Shown here in pieces: positions 9,743-21,624 of a stretch of 64,000 nt of DNA; positions within the stretch are counted from its first letter, which is position 1; each line of letters opens with the position of its first letter. This DNA comes from Nitrospinales bacterium. GTDB lineage: Bacteria > Nitrospinota > Nitrospinia > Nitrospinales > VA-1. The notes beneath the pieces were generated by a model, which was not told where the DNA came from, searched no databases, and saw only the letters and a list, made by a program, of their open reading frames with translations. The position numbers were made by a program, and so were the translations under genes. The stretch spans positions 2,176,001-2,240,000 of the forward strand of contig OZ253496.1 in assembly GCA_965262115.1 (NCBI GenBank). The letters are read 5' to 3'.

Positions 9743-11978
9743 AATTCCCCAGTGAAATTTTCCAGATTTCTTTCAAAACCTCAATGTCCTGTTTAACAAC
9801 TTCTTTTCCGTTGACCGTCACCGTGAAATGAGAACCCCCCACTTTGCCAATCAGGGAAAAGTCGACCTGAAATGCCATCGCCAGATCTTCGATCTCGTTA
9901 ATTCGTTCTTCGGGAAAAGAAATAACAATGCGCGACTGGGTTTCCCCGAATAACAAGGTGTCGTTTCTTAATGTAGATTCCAGTGTGAGCGTGGCTCCCA
10001 ACGTCTGGCATCCCGGCGAGAAACAAGATTCAGCCACCGCGACCGTCAGCCCTCCTTCAGAGCAATCATGAGCCGAAGAAATGAGGCCCTTTTGAATCAG
10101 CTCCCGGCAGAAATCCTGTACCTGTTTTTCGTGTTTTCGATCGAGAACGGGGGGCTTCCCCTCACTGCGATCAAACATGACTTTCAGGTATTCGGTTCCT
10201 CCCAATTCCTCCATGGTAAAACCGATGAGAGCGATTTGATCCCCGGATTTTTTAAACCCCTGGGTCATGATCTGTTGCTGATTCTCGATCAGGCCAACAA
10301 CGGCAACGGTCGGGGTTGGGTAAATCGCGTCTCCTTTGGTTTCATTATAGAGGCTGACGTTACCACTGACTACCGGAATATCAAAAAACCTGCAGGCATC
10401 GCCCATGCCTTCCACCGCTTGTTGGAATTGCCACATGATTTCGGGTTTTTCCGGATTGCCAAAATTGAGGCAATTGGTCAGGCCTATTGGTTCGGCGCCG
10501 GAGCACACCACATTACGACAAGCTTCGGCCACGGCGATGGCGGCACCCTCATAGGGGTCGAGATAGCAGTAGCGGCTGTTGCAATCCACCGAAATGGCCA
10601 CCGCTTTATTTGTATCCTTGATGCGCAGGACGGCCGCATCCGAGCCGGGCAAAACCAGCGTATTCAGGCGCACCATGTGGTCGTATTGTTCGTAGACCCA
10701 TTCCTTGCTGGCGATATTGGGGCAGGCCAGAAGTTTTTTCAAAGCCCTGTCTCCGTGTGAAAAGTCGGGAAACTCGGTCAGGCTTATATGCACCACCTCA
10801 TCAAGATATTGAGGACGTCTTGTTTCCCGCTTCAGATCCAGAGCGCCATCCACAACCGGAAAGATCGGCAGGTTCACCACTTCATGGCCTTCAAACTGGA
10901 TGCGCACACTGGATTCCTCGATCACTTCGCCGATGATGGCTGCGTCCAGTCCCCATTTGTCGAGAATGGCAAGAGCCTCTTTTTCATGGCCGGGTTTGAT
11001 CACGAATAGCATACGTTCCTGCGACTCGGAAAGCAGAATCTCGTAGGGGATCATGCCTTCTTCTCTTAAGGGAACTTTTGACAGATCCATAGACACCCCG
11101 GTTTCGGCCCGGTGCGCCATTTCAAACGAAGACGAAGTGAGCCCCGCGGCCCCCATATCCTGCACACCCACCACCCAATCGCACTCAAACAATTCCAGGC
11201 AGGCTTCGATCAGCAGTTTTTCGGTAAACGGGTCCCCCACCTGCACGGTTGGGCGCTTGTCTTCCGTCGTTTCATCAAACTCGGAAGAAGCCAGGAGGCT
11301 CGCGCCATGAATTCCGTCGCGTCCGGTTTTTGAACCGACATAAAGAATCTGGTTGCCCACTCCGCCAGCTCCAGCCAGGAAGATTCGATCTGATTTAACC
11401 AATCCCAGACAGAACGCGTTGACCAGAATGTTGCCGTTGTAACAGGCATCAAAATAAATTTCCCCGCCGACAGTGGGAACGCCGGTACAGTTTCCATAAC
11501 TGGAGATGCCATCGACCACACCATTGAGCAGGAACCGGGTGCGCGGTTCTTCCAGTTCGCCGAACCGCAATGAATTCATCAAGGCAATCGGCCGTGCCCC
11601 CATAGTGAAAATATCCCGCATTATGCCACCGACACCGGTTGCCGCGCCCTGATGGGGTTCGATAAAGGAGGGGTGGTTGTGACTTTCAATTTTGAATGCA
11701 ACCGCCAGACCGTCGCCAATATCTATGACTCCCGCATTTTCCCCCGGGCCTTGCAGCACCCTGGGGCTTTCGACCGGTAGTTTCCTCAAATAAGGCCGGG
11801 AACTTTTATAACTGCAATGCTCGCTCCACATGACGGAAAAAATACCCAACTCCGTCAGGTTCGGAGTGCGGCCGATCAGGTCGAGGATGCGTCGGAACTC
11901 TTCCACAGTCAAACCGTGTTCCTTAACAATCTCGGGGGTGATCTCGGGGCCTGGGCGGATTTTTTTTGGTTTGTCCAC
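9732..11978 (-). CDS. purL: FGAM synthase subunit PurL
   Basis: [35 protein letters not shown] start at 11978 just after the purQ stop. Confidence 0.96.
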   Translation of the reverse strand: MDKPKKIRPGPEITPEIVKEHGLTVEEFRRILDLIGRTPNLTELGIFSVMWSEHCSYKSSRPYLRKLPVESPRVLQGPGENAGVIDIGDGLAVAFKIESHNHPSFIEPHQGAATGVGGIMRDIFTMGARPIALMNSLRFGELEEPRTRFLLNGVVDGISSYGNCTGVPTVGGEIYFDACYNGNILVNAFCLGLVKSDRIFLAGAGGVGNQILYVGSKTGRDGIHGASLLASSEFDETTEDKRPTVQVGDPFTEKLLIEACLELFECDWVVGVQDMGAAGLTSSSFEMAHRAETGVSMDLSKVPLREEGMIPYEILLSESQERMLFVIKPGHEKEALAILDKWGLDAAIIGEVIEESSVRIQFEGHEVVNLPIFPVVDGALDLKRETRRPQYLDEVVHISLTEFPDFSHGDRALKKLLACPNIASKEWVYEQYDHMVRLNTLVLPGSDAAVLRIKDTNKAVAISVDCNSRYCYLDPYEGAAIAVAEACRNVVCSGAEPIGLTNCLNFGNPEKPEIMWQFQQAVEGMGDACRFFDIPVVSGNVSLYNETKGDAIYPTPTVAVVGLIENQQQIMTQGFKKSGDQIALIGFTMEELGGTEYLKVMFDRSEGKPPVLDRKHEKQVQDFCRELIQKGLISSAHDCSEGGLTVAVAESCFSPGCQTLGATLTLESTLRNDTLLFGETQSRIVISFPEERINEIEDLAMAFQVDFSLIGKVGGSHFTVTVNGKEVVKQDIEVLKEIWKISLGNYAG

Positions 11979-11982
11979 AGCG

Positions 11983-12672
11983 TTAGGAATTTGAAATAAG
12001 GGATTGAAAAATGATCTGGCCATCTGTTCCCGCTAACTCAGGATCAGCACAACGTTCCGGATGTGGCATCAGTCCCATCACGTTTTTTTGCTCATTGGCC
12101 ACACCCGCCACAGAACCTACAGAGCCGTTGGGGTTGGACTCAGCGGAAACATTTCCCGACGTGTCGCAATAGCGGAAAAGGATTTGCCCGTTTTCTTCCA
12201 GGTGATTCAAGGAAAAAGGATCGATATAGTAGCTGCCCTGATGGTGGGCGATGGGAATTTCCAGTACCTGGTTTTTCCCACATTGCTGGGTGAAGGGGGT
12301 GTCCGTATTTTCAATACGGACGGACACATTTTTGCAAATGAATTTCCGCGACTGGTTCTGGATCAACGTCCCAGGCAGCAGGTTGCATTCCAAAAGAATC
12401 TGGAATCCGTTGCAGATACCCAGTACCTTGCCTCCGCTTTCGGCAAAACGGATGATGGAATTCATGATCGGAGAAAAACGGGCAATGGCTCCGGCCCGAA
12501 GGTAATCCCCATACGAGAAGCCGCCCGGTAGAACCACCAAATCGAAAGACTCCAGATTGGCTTCCTCTTTATGCCACAGCCAGTGGGTCTCCTGATTCAG
12601 GATATGTTTGAGGATATGGTAACAATCGTGGTCACAATTGGACCCCGGGAATACGACAATGCCACACTTCAT
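11983..12672 (-). CDS. purQ: FGAM synthase glutaminase subunit
   Basis: [30 protein letters not shown]. Confidence 0.97.
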   Translation of the reverse strand: MKCGIVVFPGSNCDHDCYHILKHILNQETHWLWHKEEANLESFDLVVLPGGFSYGDYLRAGAIARFSPIMNSIIRFAESGGKVLGICNGFQILLECNLLPGTLIQNQSRKFICKNVSVRIENTDTPFTQQCGKNQVLEIPIAHHQGSYYIDPFSLNHLEENGQILFRYCDTSGNVSAESNPNGSVGSVAGVANEQKNVMGLMPHPERCADPELAGTDGQIIFQSLISNS

Positions 12673-12702
12673 TTTAGGCCGGTTTCGATTCGTTTTGGAG
12701 TG

Positions 12703-12951
12703 TTATTCAGTGGGAACAAGGGTGAAACGGAAGGATTCAATCACCGTATTGGCCAGGAGCTGTTCGCACATTTCCCGGACCCGTATCTCGGCTTCCTCCT
12801 CCGATGCAGAATCAAGTTTGATTTCCAGATATTTGCCGATATTGACATCCAGCACTTCGTCATAACCCAAATCGTTCAACGCGTGGTGGACGGTTTTTCC
12901 CTGTGGATCAAGAACACCTTCCTTGAATGTCACGTGTATTTGAGCAAGCAT
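12703..12951 (-). CDS. purS: FGAM synthase subunit PurS
   Basis: VLDPQG, LLANTVIE; position in purSQLF. Confidence 0.96.
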   Translation of the reverse strand: MLAQIHVTFKEGVLDPQGKTVHHALNDLGYDEVLDVNIGKYLEIKLDSASEEEAEIRVREMCEQLLANTVIESFRFTLVPTE

Positions 12952-13186
12952 TTTTTCAACCTTAGCACAGAAGTTTATTCAATTCAGCAGGCTTTGTAAC
13001 AGGAAAACGCCGAAAGCCAAAGACCAATTTTTGACCGACCTGAAATATTATGTTAAACAAGGAGTTAGGAAGTTCGGCCCGAAGGGTTTTCTTGCCAAAG
13101 TTTCTATTCCGCAATGACGTAGCCCAAAACCTGCTTGTACCGGGATACCGGTGACCCTTAATGCAAAACATTTTTTCGGAAGAACT

Positions 13187-15247
13187 ATGGAAAATAAATG
13201 GAACGATTCAGAGGCCAAGGCGGCTATTGAAAAATATAAGGATGTCTCAGAAGATGTTGCGCTTCGTGTTTACACTTCGCGATTGATAGGCGCAGATCCC
13301 TCGCTAGTTCTCCACGGTGGAGGCAACACCTCGGTCAAGTCGTGCACCCGGAACAAGGTGAACGAAGAGGTGGATGTGCTTTATGTGAAAGGCAGTGGAT
13401 GGGATCTCGATACACTGGAGCCCCCGGGCCTTCCAGGAGTCCTGCTCGATCATCTGCAGAAACTGAGAGGCCTCGACCAGTTGAGCGATGAGGATATGGT
13501 CAATGAACAGAGAACACACCTGTTGGACGCGTCCTCTCCCAACCCCTCGGTGGAAACGCTTTTGCACGCATTCTTACAGCATAAGTTCATTGACCATTCG
13601 CATGCGGATGCCAGTTTGATCATTGCCAACCAGCCGGACGCAGAGAAAATCTGCAAGGAGATCTATGGAGACAGGATCGCTATCGTCTCATACATCATGC
13701 CTGGTTTTGCGCTAGCTAAAGCTTCTGCCGAAGTGTATGAAAAAAATCCGCAGGTGGAAGGACTCCTGCTGATCAATCACGGGCTGTTCACCTTCGGGGA
13801 TACGGCGAAAGAAAGTTACGACCGCCATATTCATGCGGTGACTCTTCTGGAAGAATATATCGGGAAGAGTACGCTAAAATCCCTCACTCCTCTCAAAGGT
13901 CCTGCCCTGAAAGCTGGGGAGGAAACCTTAATGAATGCGCTGGCGCCTGTGCTTCGTGGGCTCTATAAAGAGCAGTCCAGTAAGGACTGGGTTCTCCATC
14001 ACCGTGCCGATGCCGGGGCAAAAGCGTTTGCTTCCAGTAAAGAGTGTCAGGTCTGGTCCCAGATCGGCACCGCCACTCCGGATCATGTGATCCGCACCAA
14101 ACAAAAACCCCTGCTTCTGAATCTGCAACAATGGCAGGATCCGGACAGGTTACGGGAGGAAGTCCTCCAGACCCTGAACGCTTATTGTGAAAGTTATCAC
14201 CAATATTTTGAAACCAACAAGTCTGCCAAGAAGGTGGATAAAACTGAACTGGACCGATTGCCCCGAGTTTTTCTGGTGGCCGGATTGGGGTTGGTGACGA
14301 TTGGTAAAAGGGTCAAAGAGACCATGATCTCAGCCGATATTTATCAGCACACTATTGATATCGTCCACAAATCTTTTTCGGTGGGCAAGTATGAACCGCT
14401 CGATTCCAGCGACTTGTTTGATATGGAGTACTGGTCTTTAGAGCAAGCCAAGCTAGGCAAAAGCAAAGCTCCGATCCTGCAGGGCAAAGTGGCCTACATC
14501 ACCGGTGCCGCTTCCGGCATCGGTCTGGCTACTGCCAAACTGTTTGCCGAGCAGGGAGCCAATCTTTTTCTTGTCGATGTGACGGAAGACAAATTGAACG
14601 AGTCGGCGGAGGCAATACGCAAAAAGTCCAAGGTCGGCGTTACCAGCTGGGTTTTGGATGTGACCGATGAGTCGGCCGTGTGCCAGTCGTTTGAACAACT
14701 CCTGCAGACCTTTGGCGGTATTGATATCCTGATCTCCAATGCTGGCAATGCTTTGCAGGGTGCGATTGGTGAGATGGATATGAAAGATTTGCGTGCCAGT
14801 TTCGAATTGAACTTTTTTGCTCACCAGGCACTGGCCTCTGAAGCTTTGCGGTTGTTTCTGATTCAAAAAACCGGAGGTGTTTTGTTGTTCAACGCATCCA
14901 AGGCGGCGTTCAATCCGGGAAAACATTTTGGTCCTTATGCGCTTCCCAAGGCGGCGGTGGTGGCGCTCACCAAACAGTATGCGCTGGACTACGGGTCTTA
15001 CGGCATCCGCTCCAACGCCATCAATGCTGACCGCATTCGCACGGCCCTGTTTTCTGAAGACGTGCTGAAAGAAAGGGCTGCAGCGCGCGGACTTTCGCCC
15101 GACGACTATTTCAAAAACAACCTTCTGCAACAGGAAGTCTATGACACCGATGTGGCGCAGGGATTCCTAAACCTGACGTTGGCAGAAAAAACAACGGCAA
15201 GCATCCTCACTATCGATGGCGGCAACATCGCCGCCAGTCCCCGCTAA
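13187..15247 (+). CDS. Bifunctional class II aldolase / short-chain dehydrogenase
   Basis: HGGGNTS, KGSGWDL, PSVETLLH, HSH, TPDH; SDR TGAASGIG and YALPK. Confidence 0.9.
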   Translation: MENKWNDSEAKAAIEKYKDVSEDVALRVYTSRLIGADPSLVLHGGGNTSVKSCTRNKVNEEVDVLYVKGSGWDLDTLEPPGLPGVLLDHLQKLRGLDQLSDEDMVNEQRTHLLDASSPNPSVETLLHAFLQHKFIDHSHADASLIIANQPDAEKICKEIYGDRIAIVSYIMPGFALAKASAEVYEKNPQVEGLLLINHGLFTFGDTAKESYDRHIHAVTLLEEYIGKSTLKSLTPLKGPALKAGEETLMNALAPVLRGLYKEQSSKDWVLHHRADAGAKAFASSKECQVWSQIGTATPDHVIRTKQKPLLLNLQQWQDPDRLREEVLQTLNAYCESYHQYFETNKSAKKVDKTELDRLPRVFLVAGLGLVTIGKRVKETMISADIYQHTIDIVHKSFSVGKYEPLDSSDLFDMEYWSLEQAKLGKSKAPILQGKVAYITGAASGIGLATAKLFAEQGANLFLVDVTEDKLNESAEAIRKKSKVGVTSWVLDVTDESAVCQSFEQLLQTFGGIDILISNAGNALQGAIGEMDMKDLRASFELNFFAHQALASEALRLFLIQKTGGVLLFNASKAAFNPGKHFGPYALPKAAVVALTKQYALDYGSYGIRSNAINADRIRTALFSEDVLKERAAARGLSPDDYFKNNLLQQEVYDTDVAQGFLNLTLAEKTTASILTIDGGNIAASPR

Positions 15248-15270
15248 CCCCTTAGCAGGGGAAGCAGAGG

Positions 15271-15310
15271 GCAATAACTTTTGCTGGCCGACAAAGAGTT
15301 GTCTCGGCTT
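15271..15310 (+). repeat. Dispersed ~40-bp GCAATAG...CGGCTT repeat
   Basis: gcaataacttttgctggccgacaaagagttgtctcggctt. Confidence 0.7.
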
Positions 15311-15400
15311 GATGAGGTTTTTTCACCCTCTTCCTCAAAGAGAGTGGAGGTGATTCACCTTCAGGTGTTAGTTAGAGCACGCTGACCCTATGCCTGGTGG

Positions 15401-16132
15401 TTAGTAGTCGGTGATTTCTCCACCGGGAATTCTTCGGGGTTGTTTTCCATACTCAAGAGGATGATCTGTTCCGGGCAGGATGGTGCCGTCCGGTGAGTAA
15501 GGTCCGATTTTGCTCCAGGTTCCCGCCTGTTGCTCGGCAACATATTCCATTTCCAGAATCGCCTTGGGGTTTTTGTAGCCATATTTGGAGGGAGCGATCA
15601 ACCGCAGAGGGAACCCGTGCGCATCGGAAAGGGGTTTGCCGTTCATGGTGTGCACCAGCAGAACCCGATCCCGATTTAACGCCTCAAGCGACAGGTATTC
15701 CTTGTATTCGCCACCGCAATGGAACAGCACTCCTCGGGCCGACGCATGGGGCTGAACGATTCGTTTGAGTTCTTTTATCGAGAACCCGCTCCATTGGGCA
15801 CGGGCCGACCAGCACTCCACACATTTGAGCCGGGAAGATTGCGACCTGGTGGGTAGGTTCCACAATTCGTTGAACGTAAAGGTTTTTGGAACTTCGCACA
15901 AACCGCTTATCTTCAACCTCCAGGTTTCGGCGTTGATGCGACGCATCGGTTTCCAGAAATTGATATAGAAAGAGCGGTGTTTGCCTGCCCGGGTTTTGCC
16001 AACAAAATCGGTACCCGAGAATGAATCGGCGGCTTTTGCGGGATGGCGAAACCCGTCCCACAAAAGCAGAGCCGCTGTCCAGAGTCCACTTTGCAGAAAA
16101 AGCCGACGTGTTAATTTTGCGATTTGGCGCAT
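15401..16132 (-). CDS. Tat-exported molybdopterin oxidoreductase, sulfite oxidase/MsrP-like
   Basis: TRRLFLQ twin-arginine signal; LKCVECW Mo-ligand Cys; HGFPLRL, YGYKNPK. Confidence 0.85.
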   Translation of the reverse strand: MRQIAKLTRRLFLQSGLWTAALLLWDGFRHPAKAADSFSGTDFVGKTRAGKHRSFYINFWKPMRRINAETWRLKISGLCEVPKTFTFNELWNLPTRSQSSRLKCVECWSARAQWSGFSIKELKRIVQPHASARGVLFHCGGEYKEYLSLEALNRDRVLLVHTMNGKPLSDAHGFPLRLIAPSKYGYKNPKAILEMEYVAEQQAGTWSKIGPYSPDGTILPGTDHPLEYGKQPRRIPGGEITDY

Positions 16133-16761
16133 CGGAATCCTAGAAAAATCAATCGCTCGGAAGGCGCGATCAGATTGCGGTCAAAAGTTTTGCCGTATTC
16201 GTAATCCAGATGATGGTTCCATAGTCCGCCACGGGCAACTTTTTTTCCATTTTCAGAACTGGCAGTCCATTCCCAGACCGAACCTGCCATGTCGCGGACT
16301 CCGTATGGGGAGTTATCCTTTTTATTGAGTCCGACCCGGCGTTTGATGATTCCCAAATAAAACGGATGCGGTTTTTTTCGCAGCGGTTTGTTCCCCCAAG
16401 GATAGAGACGGGCATCGGCGCCCCGGGCTGACTTTTCCCATTCTTCTTCCGTGGGCAGGCGTTTGCCCGCTTGTTCACAATAGGCTTTAGCCTGATGCCA
16501 GGTTATGCTGGTGACGGGGTGGGCCCCCGCGCCTTTCCAGAAAAAAATTTCCGGAAACAACCGGGCAAACTCTTCGTTGGTCACCTCAAATTGGTCAATA
16601 GAAAACGCCTCAAGCAGTATGGTCCTTTGAGGAAGGGCATAGCCGTCCGTATTGTCTCCCATGACAAATTTCCCAGATGGGATTTCCATCATTTCAGAAG
16701 AAAAAGAGTATTCTGCCTCTGGCGCAAGTATCAGGAATGCTAATAGGGCGGACGTTTTCAT
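16111..16761 (-). CDS. FGE-sulfatase (SUMF1/EgtB/PvdO fold) domain protein
   Basis: EVTN, RLPTEEEWEKSARG, DMAGSVWEW, GFRCA. Confidence 0.88.
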   Translation of the reverse strand: MKTSALLAFLILAPEAEYSFSSEMMEIPSGKFVMGDNTDGYALPQRTILLEAFSIDQFEVTNEEFARLFPEIFFWKGAGAHPVTSITWHQAKAYCEQAGKRLPTEEEWEKSARGADARLYPWGNKPLRKKPHPFYLGIIKRRVGLNKKDNSPYGVRDMAGSVWEWTASSENGKKVARGGLWNHHLDYEYGKTFDRNLIAPSERLIFLGFRCAKSQN

Positions 16762-16792
16762 AAAGCTATTATAAATCGAATGATAAGGGTCT

Positions 16793-17262
16793 GGGGAACA
16801 TCAGATAGGATTATTTCTTAATTTTTTGAAAAAAATAGCATATAAATCATCATCACGGTGGCTAAACCTGTATTGGCATTTCTTGAGGTGCAGGTAGAAA
16901 GTTATCTCGGCAATCCCGTTGAATTGGGCCAACCGTCTTTTGGCAAATGACCAAAAGCTTTCGATGCCATTGACGTGACATTTTCCCTGCGCAAATTCAT
17001 TTTTAGAGTGGAAGACCCTGTAGTGATCGTATCCATTTAAAATAAGGCTGTCATAAGCTTTCCATTGATGATACTGCCTTCGAGGATTTTCCCTTTATGA
17101 CAGGCATTAAGCTCTCTTTCGGGCAGTTTTTCACAATCTCAACATAAACCTTTCCGTCTCTTTTCAGGAGCCCAAAGACAGGTGTTTTTCCTGCGGTGCC
17201 CCGGGGCCGCGCCTACCTCGTACACGACGAGGTCCAAAGATAACCATATCCAGTGTTGCCCG
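16793..17262 (-). mobile_element. IS1595-family transposase remnant (frameshifted, 5'-truncated)
   Basis: Translation across frames gives FGPRRVRGRRG, VFGLLKRDGKVYVEIV, WKAYDSL, HYRVFHSKNEFAQGKCHVNGIESFWSFAKRRLAQFNG, stop at 16801. Confidence 0.85.
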
Positions 17263-17263
17263 G

Positions 17264-18820
17264 TCATTCCCACTCGATGGTGCCGGGGGGTTTGGAACTG
17301 ATGTCATAGACCACCCGGTTGACCCCATGTACTTCGTTGATGATGCGGTTAGAGAGTTTTCCCAACAGTTCATAAGGGAGGTGGGCCCAGTCGGCCGTCA
17401 TGCCGTCGGTGCTGGTAACGGCGCGAATGGCTACTACATTTTCGTAGGTGCGGGCATCGCCCATGACCCCTACTGTTTTTACCGGAAGCAGGACCGCGAA
17501 CGATTGCCATAAATCGTTGTACAAGCCTTCGGCTTTCACTTCCTCCAGAATGATCTTGTCGGCAGCGCAAAGGATGTCGAGGCGCTCGCGGGTCACCTCT
17601 CCCAGAATGCGGATGGCCAGGCCCGGACCGGGGAATGGCTGGCGGTTGATGATTTCATCCGGCATGCCCATCTCGCGTCCCAGCACACGAACTTCATCCT
17701 TGAACAATTCGCGAAACGGTTCGAGAAGCTTCAACTGCATTTTTTCCGGCAGGCCGCCAACGTTGTGATGCGACTTGATAACTGCTGACGGGCCGCCTTT
17801 GAAGGAGACCGACTCGATGACATCCGGATACAATGTGCCTTGAGCGAGAAAAGTGAAGTCCCCCAGTCGTTTGGCTTCCTCCTCAAAAACTTTGATGAAG
17901 GTATTGCCGATGGATTTTCTTTTTTGTTCCGGGTCGGTGATGTCTTTAAGTTTATTAAGAAATTTGTCGGCGGCATCGATGACATCAAGGTTGATGTTGA
18001 AGTTGTCGCGAAACGTGCTTTCCACTTTTTCTTTTTCGCCGGACCGCAAAAGTCCGTTGTCGATGAATAGGCAGTACAGGTTGTCGCTGATGGCTTTATG
18101 AATCAGCACTGCCGCGACCGAAGAATCCACCCCGCCGCTCAACCCGCAAACCACTTTTAAGTTCCCCACACGGCTGCGGATATCGTTGATCATGTGATCG
18201 ACCAGTGAATCCATTTTCCAGTTCTTCGCGCATTGGCAGATTTTAAACAGGAAGTTCTTGAGGACCTTAACGCCCTCCACCGTGTGGACCACCTCTGGAT
18301 GAAATTGCAGGCCATAAATATGTGCTAATGGATTTTCAATGGCCGCCAGAGGCGAATTATCTGTGAAGGCAATGCCTTTGAATCCGTTCGGCAGTTTTGA
18401 GATGCGGTCGCCATGGCTCATCCACACGATGGAATTATTTTTCACCCCTTCGAACAGATGTGAAAATTCTTTCAGCACCAACTCGGCCCTGCCGAATTCG
18501 CGATGCGGGGAAGGGTCGACCTTGCCACCCAGCGCATGGGTGATGAGTTGCATGCCATAGCAAATACCGAGAATAGGGATATCCAGTTCAAACAGTCTTC
18601 GGTCGCAAGCCGGTGAGTCTTTTTCCAGAACGCTCGCGGGTCCGCCGGAGAAAATAATGCCTTTTGCATTGAAAGCTTCGACTTTGTCAAACGGCAGGGT
18701 GCAGGGATGGATCTCGCAATAGACCTGGCATTCCCGCACTTTGCGGGCAATGTTCTGGGTGTATTGCGACCCAAAATCAAGAATGAGAATTTTCTGTTCG
18801 TGCAGAGCGTCTGTGGTCAT
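17264..18820 (-). CDS. guaA: GMP synthase (glutamine-hydrolysing)
   Basis: [35 protein letters not shown]. Confidence 0.98.
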   Translation of the reverse strand: MTTDALHEQKILILDFGSQYTQNIARKVRECQVYCEIHPCTLPFDKVEAFNAKGIIFSGGPASVLEKDSPACDRRLFELDIPILGICYGMQLITHALGGKVDPSPHREFGRAELVLKEFSHLFEGVKNNSIVWMSHGDRISKLPNGFKGIAFTDNSPLAAIENPLAHIYGLQFHPEVVHTVEGVKVLKNFLFKICQCAKNWKMDSLVDHMINDIRSRVGNLKVVCGLSGGVDSSVAAVLIHKAISDNLYCLFIDNGLLRSGEKEKVESTFRDNFNINLDVIDAADKFLNKLKDITDPEQKRKSIGNTFIKVFEEEAKRLGDFTFLAQGTLYPDVIESVSFKGGPSAVIKSHHNVGGLPEKMQLKLLEPFRELFKDEVRVLGREMGMPDEIINRQPFPGPGLAIRILGEVTRERLDILCAADKIILEEVKAEGLYNDLWQSFAVLLPVKTVGVMGDARTYENVVAIRAVTSTDGMTADWAHLPYELLGKLSNRIINEVHGVNRVVYDISSKPPGTIEWE

Positions 18821-18868
18821 GGCAATAGCGGGATTTTCTCTGGCTTGTCCGGAAAAATTCCGGCGGGA

Positions 18869-20335
18869 TCAGTCGATATTATAATTTGGAGCTTCTTTGG
18901 TCACGATCACATCGTGAACATGGCTTTCGCGAAGCCCGGCCGGGGTGACCTTGATGAACGAAGCGTTCTTTCTCAACTCGTTAATGGTAGCGGCTCCGCA
19001 ATATCCCATCCCCGCACGCAGTCCCCCTAACAGTTGGTGGACGGTGAATGACAATGCGCCGCGGAAGGGAATACGTGCTTCAACCCCCTCCGGAACCAGT
19101 TTGCTTTCAGAGAGCGCCCATTCCTGGAAGTACCGGTCACTGGAACCTTGTGACATGGCACCGATGGAACCCATGCCCCGGTATTCCTTGTAGCTTCTGC
19201 TCTGGAAAAGAATTTTTTCTCCCGGGCTTTCTTCTGTTCCGGCAAACAGGGAGCCGATCATCACCGTGCTGGCCCCGGCGGCAATGGCTTTGGTGATGTC
19301 GCCGGAAAGCTTGATACCACCATCGGAAATAACCGGGATATTTTTTTTCTCTGCCACCTTCACGCATTCCGCGATGGCGGATATCTGCGGCACGCCGACT
19401 CCCGACACTACACGAGTGGTGCAGATGGAACCGGGGCCAATGCCAACCTTGACGGCATCGACTCCGGCTTTGATCAGGTCGGCGGCTCCTTGGGCGGTAG
19501 CCACGTTGCCGCCTATCAGTTCAAGTTTTGGAAAAGTCTTTTTAATTTCCCGGATGGTCGCTAGAACTTTCTCCGAATGCCCGTGGGCGCTGTCGATCAC
19601 CAGAACGTCAAGCCCGACGCGGATTAAATCTTCAATATGTTCTATGGGATTCTGGGTCACACCCAAGGCAGCTCCGACCAGAAGTCGGCCTTTGGAGTCT
19701 TTGGCGGCGTTGGGGAATTGCCCGGCTTTTTCAATGTCCTTGATGGTGATCAGCCCCTTGAGATACCCTTTTTTGTCGACCACCAGCAGTTTTTCGATAC
19801 GGTTATCATGCAGAAGTTGTTTGGACTTTTCCAGCGGCGTGCCTTCCGGAATGGTGACCAGATCGTCTTTGGTCATCAGGGAACTGATTTTCTTGTTGAG
19901 TTTTTTCTCAAACCTGAGATCCCGGTTGGTTAAAATCCCCACCAGTTTTTTCTTTTGCGTGATAGGGATGCCCTTGATGTTGTATTTCCGCATGACTTCA
20001 AAGGCTTCGCTGATTTTCTGGTCGGGGCCCATGGTGATCGGGTCGGGGATCATGGCGCTCACCGAGCGTTTGACTTTGTCGACCATCTTGCGTTGTTTTT
20101 CCGGTGGAAGGTTGCGATGGATGATACCGATTCCGCCTTCCTGGGCCAGAGCAATGGCCAGATTGGTTTCGGTCACGGTGTCCATCGGGGCGCTGATCAA
20201 CGGACTGTTCAGTTTGATCTTTCGGGTCAAACGGGTCGAGAGTTTTACGTCTACAGGCAAAACTTTCGAATGGGCAGGCAGGAGCAATACATCGTCGAAA
20301 GTAAGATAGGTTGGGACATTCTTGGGTTCAATCAT
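18869..20335 (-). CDS. guaB: IMP dehydrogenase
   Basis: [13 protein letters not shown] pair, [17 protein letters not shown]. Confidence 0.98.
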   Translation of the reverse strand: MIEPKNVPTYLTFDDVLLLPAHSKVLPVDVKLSTRLTRKIKLNSPLISAPMDTVTETNLAIALAQEGGIGIIHRNLPPEKQRKMVDKVKRSVSAMIPDPITMGPDQKISEAFEVMRKYNIKGIPITQKKKLVGILTNRDLRFEKKLNKKISSLMTKDDLVTIPEGTPLEKSKQLLHDNRIEKLLVVDKKGYLKGLITIKDIEKAGQFPNAAKDSKGRLLVGAALGVTQNPIEHIEDLIRVGLDVLVIDSAHGHSEKVLATIREIKKTFPKLELIGGNVATAQGAADLIKAGVDAVKVGIGPGSICTTRVVSGVGVPQISAIAECVKVAEKKNIPVISDGGIKLSGDITKAIAAGASTVMIGSLFAGTEESPGEKILFQSRSYKEYRGMGSIGAMSQGSSDRYFQEWALSESKLVPEGVEARIPFRGALSFTVHQLLGGLRAGMGYCGAATINELRKNASFIKVTPAGLRESHVHDVIVTKEAPNYNID

Positions 20336-20502
20336 GAGATATTATAACAGAAATTTATTAAAAACGTAAAACGGCAATATTAGCATGCCTGCCTGACGGG
20401 CGGAATTTTTTGGAGCATCAAAACTTGGCTTACAGAGAAATCTTTCATATTTTTCTATAAACAGGCGCTTCTATTGTCGCTGGATACGGTTGTCTGACAC
20501 CC

Positions 20503-20531
20503 TAGACAAAAGTCAACTTTTAATCTATACT
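20503..20531 (+). promoter_or_regulatory. Putative sigma70 promoter for the cytidylyltransferase-methyltransferase unit
   Basis: TAGACA-N17-TATACT. Confidence 0.5.
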
Positions 20532-20699
20532 CTGTCCACCTCAGAGTATCACCCCTACATATCTTTCTCTAAGGTTTTCCGGCTTCTTTAGGCTTGAACG
20601 CGCTGTTGTATGTCTTGGAATCCTTCTGGACCCCTTTACGTAAAGTAAGGGATTGGCTTTCTCCGTCTTCTGGAAAAGAGCTGGCGGGGTTTGTGCGGG

Positions 20700-20725
20700 T
20701 TTTTGTGGATACTTTTTGTGGATAC
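20700..20725. repeat. 13-bp perfect tandem duplication TTTTTGTGGATAC
   Basis: Copies at 20700-20712 and 20713-20725. Confidence 0.85.
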
Positions 20726-20794
20726 TTATAGAAGGCCTCAGGATTAGTTGCCTATTTGCAAAGTACTGATACTAAACTATTTAACGAGGTAGTG

Positions 20795-21567
20795 ATGACC
20801 AACAATCATATTCAGGAAAGTCGTGTGACCACAGCGTTGTTGTTAGCTGCTGGCACTGGAAATCGTTTACAGCCCTTCACAGATGCTATTCCCAAATGCC
20901 TCGTAGAAATCAATGGGATCCCTATCCTTGAGAGATTGATCGATAATCTCTGTGATAATGATTTTAAGCGGCTGGTTATAGTGGTCGGCTATATGGACCA
21001 CTGCATCCGAAGGTTCGTGAACGAATATGCTGGGGATCTGACCATAGAAATAATTTTCAACCCGGTATTTCAAACGACCAACAATATTTATTCCTTATGG
21101 CTGGCTCGAAACCAAATCCGGGAATCCTTTCTTTTGGTTGAAAGTGATCTCGTGTTCGAGCCCACCCAACTGGAAGGCCTTCTCTATCCAAATAAAACAG
21201 CTCTTTCCCCCCTGCAACCCTGGATGAATGGAACCACAAAACGATAGACTCTCTGAACAGGGTCCAATCTTTTAATATGGGTGGTAACGGATATAGAGAA
21301 GGTGCTCACTATAAGACGGTCAATATATACAGCCTTTCTGATTCAACGTGGCGAAATGTCATTGAACGGTTAGAGCTTTATATTTCCTCTGGCAAGGTGA
21401 ACGAATATTACGAGGTGGTTTTCAAAGAGATGATCGCGGATGGCAGTCTTTCCATGGATGCCGTTTTCTTTGATCCTGACCGCTGGTATGAAATTGACAC
21501 CCCAGCCGATCTTGTAAATGCGGAACGTATCCTGGAAGAAACCGATACGTATCCTGAGGCCTGCTAA
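20795..21567 (+). pseudogene. Phosphocholine cytidylyltransferase (LicC-like) NTP-transferase with one frameshift
   Basis: LLAAGTGNRL..T..IPKCL, TTNNIYSLWLA, ESDL in the first frame; frame changes at ~21237-21241 (acaaaacg) into TIDSLNRV...KTVNIYSLS...WYEIDTPADL. Confidence 0.8.
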
Positions 21568-21624
21568 GCCAGTTGTTTTTGCTCCAGCCTTTTTTTCTGG
21601 AGCCGCACCCCCTAGAAAACAAGA

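Noticed and set aside
20700..20725. DnaA boxes / replication origin
   Set aside because: Only two 8/9 matches, produced by a single tandem duplication; no dnaA or other origin context
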